A stretch of DNA of 64,000 nucleotides. Origin: an uncultured Gemmatimonadaceae bacterium. Lineage in GTDB: Bacteria > Gemmatimonadota > Gemmatimonadetes > Gemmatimonadales > Gemmatimonadaceae. Made by a program: the position numbers and the translations under genes. The stretch is from assembly GCA_964503275.1 (NCBI GenBank), contig CAZCZO010000002.1, positions 22,262-86,261 of the forward strand. Reading direction: 5' to 3'. Each line of letters begins with the position of its first letter. Position 1 is the stretch's first letter. Shown here piece after piece: positions 47,852-56,546 of this stretch. The notes beneath the pieces were generated by a model, which worked only from the letters and a program-made list of their open reading frames with translations, was not told where the DNA came from and ran no database searches.

Positions 47852-48927
47852 CCGTCGATCCGGGCGGGCAGGTCGTCCTCGCCATGATGGACCACGATGT
47901 CCTCGCCGTCGCTGAGTTCACGGCGCAGCATCGCGATGGCCATCGCGCCCTGGCGCGGTGAAACGACGCTGGACCGCACATCGCCGACGTCCTTGCCGTC
48001 CCGATCCCGCACGATGCCGTGTGGCGGCAAGGGATGCGGGGCGTGGATGGTCCGCAGGTACTTGTTGACGTGTCCGCGGAAGTGGAGTCGTGCCACCACC
48101 TCTTGGCCGGTGTAGCAGCCCTTGGTGTACGAGATGGCGTGGAGTTGGTCGAGGTTGGCTTCCTGCGGGATCGTGGTGTCGTCCATGTCGATCCCCCACT
48201 CGGGCCGTCCCGCTTCGACGCGGGCGATGTCGGCCGCCGCGAGGCCCACCGCCCGGGCGCCCGCATCGATCAGCGCATGGAACAGATGGTCGGCCGCGTC
48301 GGCCGCGACGATGCAGTCGAATCCGCTGACCCCGTAGTCCGGACTCCGCAACACCAAGGCCGGGTGCCCCGCAACGGTCGTCGTGAGATGCTGGTAGGGG
48401 GCCAGTTGGGTGAGCACCGACGCATCGGCCGCGCCGAGCCGGGCGAGGATCGCCGCCGCTCGCGGGCCATAGGCCCCCACGCAGCCGGTGTCGGCCGAGA
48501 CGTCGGTATAGGTGGCGAGTCGCGGATTCACGTACTTGCGCACGAGGTCGCTCCACCCGGCGGCGGCGCGGGCGGCGACATCGACCGTGAGGTCGTCGGC
48601 CCGCCGGAAGACGCGGACATCGGCGACGATCTTTCCCTTCGCCGTGAGGGCGGCCGCGTAGCAGCCGTGGCCGGGCGTGAGCGACTCGACATCGTTGGTG
48701 ACGAGGCCGCCGAGGGTCGCGGCCGCCTTGGCCCCCGAGAAGACCCAGCGGGCGCGCTCATCGCGGCGGATGACGCCACAGCCCTCCTGCAACGCGGCGT
48801 ACTCCCGCGACGGGTCGTCGTAGGCGAGCGCGACGCTGCGCCCTCCGAGCACGAGTGTTTCGCGGGGTGCGACGCTCACAGGACGGCGGTCAGCAGGATC
48901 GGTACGACGAGCGGCATGCTTCAACAT
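47848..48927 (-). CDS. ygfZ: YgfZ-type folate-binding protein (aminomethyltransferase fold; Fe-S cluster maintenance).
   Basis: KGCYTGQE signature near the C-terminus. Confidence 0.8.
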   Translation of the reverse strand: MLKHAARRTDPADRRPVSVAPRETLVLGGRSVALAYDDPSREYAALQEGCGVIRRDERARWVFSGAKAAATLGGLVTNDVESLTPGHGCYAAALTAKGKIVADVRVFRRADDLTVDVAARAAAGWSDLVRKYVNPRLATYTDVSADTGCVGAYGPRAAAILARLGAADASVLTQLAPYQHLTTTVAGHPALVLRSPDYGVSGFDCIVAADAADHLFHALIDAGARAVGLAAADIARVEAGRPEWGIDMDDTTIPQEANLDQLHAISYTKGCYTGQEVVARLHFRGHVNKYLRTIHAPHPLPPHGIVRDRDGKDVGDVRSSVVSPRQGAMAIAMLRRELSDGEDIVVHHGEDDLPARIDG

Positions 48928-48951
48928 TACGCCCGGCGCACGGCCCCGCCA

Positions 48952-50232
48952 CTATGCGCCCGCCGCCGGCGCGCTGCGCGCCGCGTACGCCGCATCCAGC
49001 ACCTCCACCGGATGTCGTGCGACGGTGCGAGATCCGCTGCGGCGCAACCCACCGCCGATCTGCATCAGGCACCCGGGATTCCCGGTCGCGACGATGTCGG
49101 CGTCGGTGGCCGCGATGGCCGCGAGCTTGGGGGCGAGGACGCGCTCGGCGACGTCGGGCTGGAGCAGGTTGTAGATGCCGGCGCTGCCGCAGCACTGGTC
49201 ACTGCCGGTGAGTGGGACGAGGGTGCTGCCAGTGGCCGCACGGAGCACGGTGAGCGGTGGTGTCACGAGGCGCTGCGCGTGCTGCAGATGACAGGGCGCG
49301 TCGTATGTCACGCGGCGCGTCGGCCCCGCAGCCGGCACGGGGCCCGCGGCTGCCAGCAGTTCGCTGACATCGCGTACCCGTGCGGCGACGGCCGACGCGC
49401 GCGCTGACCAGTCGGGATCGTCGTGCAGGAGATGCCCGTAGTCCTTGAGCATGGCGCCGCAACCGGCGGAGTTGACGGCGATCAGCTCGGCGCCGCTGGC
49501 CTCGAAGGCCGCGATGTTCGCGCGGGCGAGCCGCTGTGCCGTCGCGCGATCGCCGGCATGCGCATGCAGCGCGCCGCAACAGCGTTGGCCTGCGGCAGGG
49601 CACAGGCGGTAGCCGTTCACGGTGAGCGTCCGCTCTGTCGCACGGTTCACCGGCGCGAACAGCCCTTCCATGACACAGCCCGTGAGCAGCGCGACCCCTG
49701 CGCGCTCCGGCACCGCTGGCCCGCGGGCCGCCCGGTAGGTCGCGCCGCGCTCGCGTGCGGTCGAGGCGAGCAGTGCGAACGGGGTGGCGAGGCGCGTGGG
49801 GAGCAGTCGCGCAGCCGCAGCAGCGAGGCCGGTCGCACGCACGACGCGCGCGGCCGCGAGCACCATCGGGAGCAACACGGGCGACGCGAACACGGCGAGC
49901 ACCGCGCGGCCGATCCACGGGAGGGGCGTGAGCGCCCGTTCGGTGGCCCGCGTCGCCTCGAGCAGCTCGCCGTAGGGTACCCCCGATGGGCAGGCGGTCT
50001 CGCAGCCGCGACAGCCGAGGCAGCTGTCCAGCGCCGACGACACATCAGGATCGTCGAGTCGCACGCGATGCTCGAGGACCGCGCGCATCAGTACGAGTCG
50101 GCCCCGTGGCGAGGCGTTCTCGTCTTCGAGCGCGAGGTAGGTGGGGCAGGCCGGGAGACAGAATCCGCAGTGCACACAGGCGTCGAGGCCGGCGGCGGCC
50201 GCAGCGAGAGGCGTCGTCGAGACCGTCGTCAT
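48952..50232 (-). CDS. glcF: Glycolate oxidase iron-sulfur subunit GlcF-like (two 4Fe-4S ferredoxin motifs plus CCG domains).
   Basis: CVHCGFCLPACP and CLGCRGCETACP, plus Cys-rich CCG repeats (CCGALHAHAGDR and CCGSAGIY). Confidence 0.85.
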   Translation of the reverse strand: MTTVSTTPLAAAAAGLDACVHCGFCLPACPTYLALEDENASPRGRLVLMRAVLEHRVRLDDPDVSSALDSCLGCRGCETACPSGVPYGELLEATRATERALTPLPWIGRAVLAVFASPVLLPMVLAAARVVRATGLAAAAARLLPTRLATPFALLASTARERGATYRAARGPAVPERAGVALLTGCVMEGLFAPVNRATERTLTVNGYRLCPAAGQRCCGALHAHAGDRATAQRLARANIAAFEASGAELIAVNSAGCGAMLKDYGHLLHDDPDWSARASAVAARVRDVSELLAAAGPVPAAGPTRRVTYDAPCHLQHAQRLVTPPLTVLRAATGSTLVPLTGSDQCCGSAGIYNLLQPDVAERVLAPKLAAIAATDADIVATGNPGCLMQIGGGLRRSGSRTVARHPVEVLDAAYAARSAPAAGA

Positions 50233-50293
50233 GGGGTGCCCGGCTCGGTGGGTCGCGGCACGCTCCGCGTCGCGATCGCTGCTGCTCGCGACG

Positions 50294-52504
50294 TCATACC
50301 GCCACCACCTGCGCCGCGAACGCCGCGATCACGCGTGCGCGCAGGTCGAGCGCGACCGGGTCCGGCGCTGGCGCCGGGACGACCGTGTAGGGTCCGCGCG
50401 CCCGCAGCGTCGTCCACACTGCGTGATCCACCGCGACGGCCGGGCCGCAGGCACCGAGCGGCGCCCGTGTCGCTGCGACGTGCGCCGCATTCCCCGCGAT
50501 CCATATGACCTGATGCGCGACGGCAGGCAATCCGATGACGGCGGCCACATCGGCCGGGATCCGCTCGGTCGCGAGTGGCGCGTAGGGCCCGCGGCACAGT
50601 ACGTCCAAGGCCTCGGCATCGATTGCGCTCGCCGGGATGGCCCAGCTCTCCTCGACGTCGGGGCGTGCGCGGAGTCGCAGCGAGGCCTGCGTGATGCGCC
50701 CCAGTGCCTCCCCTGACCCGATGGCGAGTCGCGTGAGATCGAACCCGGCCACGTTCTTGACCACGCGTCCACCCGCACAGATGGTCGCCCCGCGATGGTC
50801 CACGAGCGTGAGGCCGAGCGTGAGATCGCGCGGCGCGCCGAGCGTGCGGCGCGTGGGGCCGACGAGTCCACGCGCGAGCACCTCGCCCACGGTGAGCTGG
50901 TCATCGCCCCACGGCAACAGTGGCGCCCACTGCCGATGCGGGCGGGTGCAGGCATCCAGCTCGGCGAGCGTCATCGTCGCGGTGACCGTGATCGTGAGGT
51001 CGGCGGGACGATACTCGATCACGCCTGATGGGTCCGGCGTCGACGGCGGCGGCGCCGTTGGCAGCCGCAACGCGGTCCCGTGCGTGGGCGCCGCCGTGGT
51101 CCCGATCCACTCCCGGCAGCTGTGGACGGGCACCACCTTGCCGGGGTTCGCCCGGCGATCGGGGTCGAAGACCGCGCGCAGGCGGCACATCGCGTCGAGC
51201 GTGTCGGGCGTGAAGAGGTGTTCCATGTATGCGAGCTTGTCGAGCCCCACGCCGTGCTCACCCGAGATCGTCCCGCCGGCCGCGATGCAGGTCGCCATCA
51301 CCTCGTGCATCGCCGCGTGGACCCGCGCCGACATCGCCGGGTCGTCGGCGTCGTAGGGGATGTTCGGGTGCAGGTTCCCATCGCCCGCGTGGAACACGTT
51401 GCAGATGGTGAGTCCATGCCGGGCCCCGATCTCGCTGATGGTGGCGAGCACGGGCGCCAGGACACTGCGCGGCACGACCGCGTCCTGCACCACCAGGTGC
51501 GGTGCGATGCGGCCCATCGCGCCGAAGGCCTTCTTGCGGCCCTGCCAGAGCCGCGCACGCGCCTCGGGTTCCTCCGCGACACGCACTGTTCTGGCCCCAT
51601 GCGTGCGGCAGATGGACTCGATCCGTGCGGCGTCGACCGGGACGGCGGCCTCGCTTCCATCGACCTCGACCAGCAGCACCGCGGCCGCGTCGGTGGGATA
51701 GCCGGCGGCGTAGTGGGAGGCCTCCACCGCAGCGATGGTCGCGTGGTCCATCATCTCGCAGGCGGCCGGAAGGATGCCCGCGGCGACGATCGCAGTGGTG
51801 GCGGTCGCGGCCGCCTCGAGCGTGACGAAGTCGGCGAGCAGGGTGCGGACCGCGGCCGGGTCGGGCGTCAGCCGGACGGTCAGTTCGATGGCGACGCCGA
51901 AACAGCCCTCACTGCCGATGAAGGCACCAAGCAGGTCGGGCCCTTCGTCGGGTGTGCTGGGGGCATGCAGCGTGGTCACGCGGCCATCGGGGAGCACGAT
52001 GGTCGCGGCGACGATGTGATTGAGCGTTACCCCGTACTTGAGGCAGTGCGGCCCGCCCGCGTTCTCGGCCACGTTGCCGCCGATCGTGCAGGCCGCTTGG
52101 CTGGAGGGGTCGGGCGCGTAGTGCAGGCCGTATGGCGCGACCGCGGCGGTGAGCGTCACGTTGACGACGCCGGGCTCGACGGTGGCCGTGCGCGCACGCG
52201 GGTCGATGGCGACGATGCGCTTGAGCCGGTGCACGCCGAGCAGGGCGAGGTCGTCAGCGAGCGCACCGCCGGACAGCCCCGTACCGGCGCCGCGGGCGAC
52301 GAAGGGGACCGCGTGCCGGTGCAGCGCGCGAACGACGGCGATGACCTCGGCCTGCGTTCCCGGGAAGACGCCGAGGGCCGGGCGGAAGCGATAGCCGGGC
52401 AGGGCGTCGGATTCGTACACGAGCAGCGCGGGCGCGCGCGTGACGACGTGCCGTTCGCCGACGATCGCGCGCAGCTCGCCGAGCAAAGCAGGGGGCAGTC
52501 GCAC
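50294..52504 (-). CDS. glcDE: Fused FAD-linked oxidase GlcD plus GlcE-like FAD-binding subunit.
   Basis: N-terminal PCMH-type FAD-binding and oxidase C-terminal domains span about 470 aa. A second FAD_binding_4-like region follows (VIEYRPADLTITV...GRVVKNVAGFDLTRL) in the same ORF with no intervening stop. Confidence 0.8.
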   Translation of the reverse strand: MRLPPALLGELRAIVGERHVVTRAPALLVYESDALPGYRFRPALGVFPGTQAEVIAVVRALHRHAVPFVARGAGTGLSGGALADDLALLGVHRLKRIVAIDPRARTATVEPGVVNVTLTAAVAPYGLHYAPDPSSQAACTIGGNVAENAGGPHCLKYGVTLNHIVAATIVLPDGRVTTLHAPSTPDEGPDLLGAFIGSEGCFGVAIELTVRLTPDPAAVRTLLADFVTLEAAATATTAIVAAGILPAACEMMDHATIAAVEASHYAAGYPTDAAAVLLVEVDGSEAAVPVDAARIESICRTHGARTVRVAEEPEARARLWQGRKKAFGAMGRIAPHLVVQDAVVPRSVLAPVLATISEIGARHGLTICNVFHAGDGNLHPNIPYDADDPAMSARVHAAMHEVMATCIAAGGTISGEHGVGLDKLAYMEHLFTPDTLDAMCRLRAVFDPDRRANPGKVVPVHSCREWIGTTAAPTHGTALRLPTAPPPSTPDPSGVIEYRPADLTITVTATMTLAELDACTRPHRQWAPLLPWGDDQLTVGEVLARGLVGPTRRTLGAPRDLTLGLTLVDHRGATICAGGRVVKNVAGFDLTRLAIGSGEALGRITQASLRLRARPDVEESWAIPASAIDAEALDVLCRGPYAPLATERIPADVAAVIGLPAVAHQVIWIAGNAAHVAATRAPLGACGPAVAVDHAVWTTLRARGPYTVVPAPAPDPVALDLRARVIAAFAAQVVAV

Positions 52505-52593
52505 TCGCGGAAACTAGCGGGGGGAGGGTCGAAAACGCGACGCGCGCGGAGGGATCCCCCGCGCGCGCCACCTCGCAAGACCGTTCCGGGCGG

Positions 52594-53505
52594 TCAGGCG
52601 ATATTCCAGAAACCGGAGAGGCCGGCCCCCTCGGGCGAGTTGCGCAGCTTGTCGAAGGCACGCTCCCGGATCTGCCGGACCCGTTCGCGGGTGACCCCCA
52701 TCAGGACCCCGATGCGCTCCAGCGTCATGGGCTCGGCGCCGGGTTCGAGGCCGTAGTAGAGCGAGAGGATCTTGCGTTCGCGCGGCGTGAGGTAGCGGCG
52801 GAAGAGCTTCGAGATGAATTCCTTGATGAGCGACGAGTCCGTGGAGTCCTCGATCTGTTCGGAGTCGATGCCGGCGAAGCGCTCGCCGAAGGTGCTGGCC
52901 TCGCGGTCGGAGCGATCGACCGGGGCGTCGAGCGAGACCTCGGTCGTCGAGATGGACTTGGAATGCCGGACCTGGGTCACGGGCTCGTCGAGCACGCGCG
53001 CGAGTTCGTCCTCGGTGGGGTCGCGCTTGAGGGTCTGCGAGAGGATGGTCTCGGCCTTGGCCATCCGGATGAGCTGAGAGTTCTGGTTCAGCGGGATGCG
53101 CACGGAGCGGGTCTGCTCGGCGAGGGCCTTGAGGACAGCCTGCCGGACCCACCACACGGCGTATGAGATGAACTTGACCCCTTGGTCGGGATCGAACTTG
53201 CGAACCGCCTTGAGCAGGCCCTCGTTGCCGATGGCGACGAGCTCGCTGAGGTCGAGGCCGTGGCCCTGGTATTTCTTGACGTACGAGATGACGAAGCGGA
53301 GGTTCGAGATGACCAGCCGCTCGGCGGCGGCCTCATCGCCGCGCTGCGCGAGGCGGGCGAGGCGTTTTTCCTCGGCGGCGTCGCCGATCAGCGGGAGCTT
53401 CTGGATGTCCGCGAGGTACTGATCAAAGGCAGAGGCAGGCGCGGAACGCGCGATCTGTTTGGGTCGGGCCGTAGGGGTGCGGGGCGCGGCAACAGCAGTC
53501 GACAT
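52594..53505 (-). CDS. Sigma-70 family RNA polymerase sigma factor (group 2/3-like, about 303 aa).
   Basis: Region 2 (LVISNLRFVISYVKKYQGHGLDLSELVAIGNEGLLKAVRKFD) and region 4 HTH (MTLERIGVLMGVTRERVRQI). Confidence 0.85.
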   Translation of the reverse strand: MSTAVAAPRTPTARPKQIARSAPASAFDQYLADIQKLPLIGDAAEEKRLARLAQRGDEAAAERLVISNLRFVISYVKKYQGHGLDLSELVAIGNEGLLKAVRKFDPDQGVKFISYAVWWVRQAVLKALAEQTRSVRIPLNQNSQLIRMAKAETILSQTLKRDPTEDELARVLDEPVTQVRHSKSISTTEVSLDAPVDRSDREASTFGERFAGIDSEQIEDSTDSSLIKEFISKLFRRYLTPRERKILSLYYGLEPGAEPMTLERIGVLMGVTRERVRQIRERAFDKLRNSPEGAGLSGFWNIA

Positions 53506-53729
53506 ACGTTCGGCCAATCCTGTGAAAGATGGTGGCGGTCGCAACCCGGGGGGCAGGACGCACCCGCCGGGGAAGCCACGATAGGGCGCGGACTCGCGAA
53601 CGTCAACACAAAATTTCGCGCGCCATCTCCTGTACGTTCGGCCAGCTTTGCGGCCAGTGCCGTAAGTCGTTGCGAATTATTAACTTTAACTAGTTAGCGT
53701 GCGCATTCCGCCCGTGTGGACAACTTCCG

Positions 53730-54812
53730 CTACTTCCACGAATAGTCACGAAGTAGCGTTATCACCACGTCGTCCGGGACCGATGTCGTCCACTGTTCGA
53801 AGCGCCCGATCGCAGCGGGCAAGGCATACGCCGCCGCGCCGGCCAGGCGCTTCTTGTCACTCTGCGTCCGCGCGAGCAGCGCCTCGGGCGGAAGGGAGGT
53901 CCTCGAGGGCAACCCGAGGTCGAGCAGTACGCGTTCGATCCGCTCGGCGGTCCCCGCGGCGGTCACGCCGAGTTGCTCGCCGAGCGTAGCCTCGAGCGCC
54001 ATGCCGATCCCGACGGCTTCCCCATGTCGCAGGGCATATCCGCTCTCGGCCTCGATGGCGTGGCCCAGGGTGTGGCCGAAATTCAGGATCTTGCGCTCGC
54101 CTTGCTCGCGCGGGTCGGCGTTCACCACGGCGGACTTGATCGCCACGGAGCGCTCGATGAGGGCGAGCATCGCCGGTGACGCCGCCGCTCCCGGCTCGAG
54201 CAACGCCGCGCCCGCAGCCGCGATGGCCTCGAAGTAATCCTCGTCGCGGATCGCGCCGTGTTTCAGGGCCTCGGCCAGCCCGGCGCGCAACTCGTCTTGG
54301 GGCAGGGTCGCAAGGAGCAGCGGGTCGATCGCGATGTGTGTCGGGGGATGGAACGCCCCGACGAGATTCTTGCCGCCGGGCACGTCGAGCCCCGTCTTGC
54401 CGCCGATCGACGCGTCGATCATCGCGACCAACGAGGTCGGGACTTGGACCACCGGCACCCCTCGCAGGTAGGTCGCGGCGACGAACCCTGCCACATCGCC
54501 GACCACGCCACCGCCGAGGGCGATGACCACGGCGTCACGGCCCAGACCAAGTGCCAGCAGTCGGTCGGTCAGTGTCGCCCAGGTCTCGCGGGTCTTGTGA
54601 GACTCGCCGGCCGGCATGGTGAGAACGACCGGGTCGAAGGTGGAGAGCCCCGCGGCGACGCGGTCGGCGTGCAGCGGCGCCACGTTCGAATCGCTGATGA
54701 TCACCGCGCGGTGCGCGGTGAGCTGCAGCCGCGACCCCAGCTCGAAGGCAAGCGAGGGACCGATCAGGACCTGCGACCCGGCCGCGTCCGCCAGACGCCG
54801 CACCGTGCTCAC
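53730..54812 (-). CDS. aroB: 3-dehydroquinate synthase.
   Basis: Gly-rich NAD-binding region (GGGVVGDVAGFVAATYLRG) and metal-binding His residues (HTLGHAIE and HGEAVGIGM). Confidence 0.9.
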   Translation of the reverse strand: MSTVRRLADAAGSQVLIGPSLAFELGSRLQLTAHRAVIISDSNVAPLHADRVAAGLSTFDPVVLTMPAGESHKTRETWATLTDRLLALGLGRDAVVIALGGGVVGDVAGFVAATYLRGVPVVQVPTSLVAMIDASIGGKTGLDVPGGKNLVGAFHPPTHIAIDPLLLATLPQDELRAGLAEALKHGAIRDEDYFEAIAAAGAALLEPGAAASPAMLALIERSVAIKSAVVNADPREQGERKILNFGHTLGHAIEAESGYALRHGEAVGIGMALEATLGEQLGVTAAGTAERIERVLLDLGLPSRTSLPPEALLARTQSDKKRLAGAAAYALPAAIGRFEQWTTSVPDDVVITLLRDYSWK

Positions 54813-55360
54813 CAGGTGACTTCGCCCGCGCCGGCGCGGGCGTTGGCCACCCGGGCCAGCACGAACAACAGGTCCGACAGCCGGTTCAGGTACACGACCA
54901 CCATCCGCGGGATCTCGGTATCGCGCATGAGGGTGATGACCCGCCGTTCGGCGCGTCGGCAGACCGTGCGGGCCACGTGCAGGGCGGCGGCCTTGGGCGT
55001 GCCGCCGGGCAGGATGAACGCCCGCAGCGGCTCCAGCTCGGCCTCGCCCTCGTCGATGGCACGCTCGAGCTGCGCGATGCGTTCGTCGTCGATACGCGCC
55101 TTGGCCAGTTGCTCGGCCATCTTGTCGCGGTCGGGGGTGGCCAGCAGGGCGCCGATCGCGAACAGGTCCCGCTGCAGCGGCGCGAGGACCTCGTCGATCC
55201 GGGGCATCACGTCGACGGCCCGGGCCATGCCGATGGCGGCATTGAGCTCGTCGATGTCGCCGTAGGCCTCGACGCGGGGGTGGTCCTTGGTCACGCGACC
55301 ACCGCCGAAGAGGCCGGTGTCGCCGTCGTCGCCGGTGCGCGTGTAGATCTTGAGGGTCAT
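54809..55360 (-). CDS. PduO-type ATP:cob(I)alamin adenosyltransferase.
   Basis: MTLKIYTRTGDDGDTGLFGG is the canonical N-terminus. Overlaps the aroB start by 4 bp. Confidence 0.85.
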   Translation of the reverse strand: MTLKIYTRTGDDGDTGLFGGGRVTKDHPRVEAYGDIDELNAAIGMARAVDVMPRIDEVLAPLQRDLFAIGALLATPDRDKMAEQLAKARIDDERIAQLERAIDEGEAELEPLRAFILPGGTPKAAALHVARTVCRRAERRVITLMRDTEIPRMVVVYLNRLSDLLFVLARVANARAGAGEVTW

Positions 55361-55441
55361 ACCCAAACTTACATCGGCGGCGGACGTGGCCCGAGGGCGA
55401 CGGGCGTTGCCCGGACCTCGTCCGAGAGGCGATTTTTCAGG

Positions 55442-56458
55442 ATGGCGACACACGAGATGCGGGATGTGACGATCATCGGCGGCGGCCCCACGGGGTTGTT
55501 CGCCTTGTTCTATGCGGGCATGCGGGGGGCGACGGCACAGATCGTCGATGCACTCCCCGAGTTGGGCGGCCAGTTGGCGGCCTTGTATCCGGAGAAGTTC
55601 ATCTTCGACGTCGCCGGATTCCCGCGGGTGTTGGCCAAGGACCTTGTGCACAACCTGCGGGAGCAGGCGGCGCAGTTCGGACAGCCGACGCACCTCAACC
55701 AGCGGGTCATCGCCCTGCACGAGCGGGACGGCCATTTGGAGCTCGAGACGGAGACGGATCGCTTCCCGACGCGCTCGGTGATCATCGCGGCGGGGATCGG
55801 TGCCTTCGCCCCCCGTCGACTGCCGCAGGCCTGTGCCGAGCCCTGGTATGACAAGGGCATCTACGACCGCGTGCTCGAGCCGTCGGCCTTCCATGGTCAG
55901 CACGTGCTGATCATCGGTGGTGGGGACTCGGCGTTCGACTGGACGGCGCAGTTGGTGGACAAGGCGGCCTCGGTCACGCTGGTGCATCGCACGGACCGGT
56001 ACCGGGCCCACGCGTCCACGGTGGCCGAGGTGCTGGCCGCCGAGGCGGCGCAGCGCTGCGCGGTGTACCCCTTCCACGAATTGCACGACATCGTCGCGGC
56101 CGAGGGGAAGATCGTCGAGGTGGCGCTGCGGAACGTGAAGGACAAGAGCACCCGGAGCGTCCGGGCCGATGTGGTGTTGCCCATGTTGGGGTTCGTCAGC
56201 GACCTTGGCGCCCTCACCCAGTGGGGCCTGACGCTCGAGAAGGACGAGATCGTCGTCAACTCGCAGATGGAGACCGGGCGGCCGGGGATCTATGCGGCGG
56301 GTGACATCACCACCTACCCGGGCAAGCTGAAGCTCATCGCCTGCGGGTTCGCCGAGGCGGCGACCGCGGTGAACCAGGCGGTGCACTGGGTGTATCCCGA
56401 GAAGAAGGTCAATCCCGGCCACAGCTCGAATCTGGCGATCTTCGGCCAGAGCGAGTGA
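55442..56458 (+). CDS. Ferredoxin-NADP+ reductase type 2 (thioredoxin-reductase-like, YumC family).
   Basis: VTIIGGGPTGLFA and VLIIGGGDSAFD are two dinucleotide-binding motifs. It lacks the CxxC of TrxB. Confidence 0.85.
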   Translation: MATHEMRDVTIIGGGPTGLFALFYAGMRGATAQIVDALPELGGQLAALYPEKFIFDVAGFPRVLAKDLVHNLREQAAQFGQPTHLNQRVIALHERDGHLELETETDRFPTRSVIIAAGIGAFAPRRLPQACAEPWYDKGIYDRVLEPSAFHGQHVLIIGGGDSAFDWTAQLVDKAASVTLVHRTDRYRAHASTVAEVLAAEAAQRCAVYPFHELHDIVAAEGKIVEVALRNVKDKSTRSVRADVVLPMLGFVSDLGALTQWGLTLEKDEIVVNSQMETGRPGIYAAGDITTYPGKLKLIACGFAEAATAVNQAVHWVYPEKKVNPGHSSNLAIFGQSE

Positions 56459-56546
56459 CCCGTGCGGCACCCGATCCAGCGGGGTTGCTCCTGGTGGCCC
56501 TGTCTCGTCATCCAACGATGATCCCGCACTGTCCAGTCCCGCGCTG

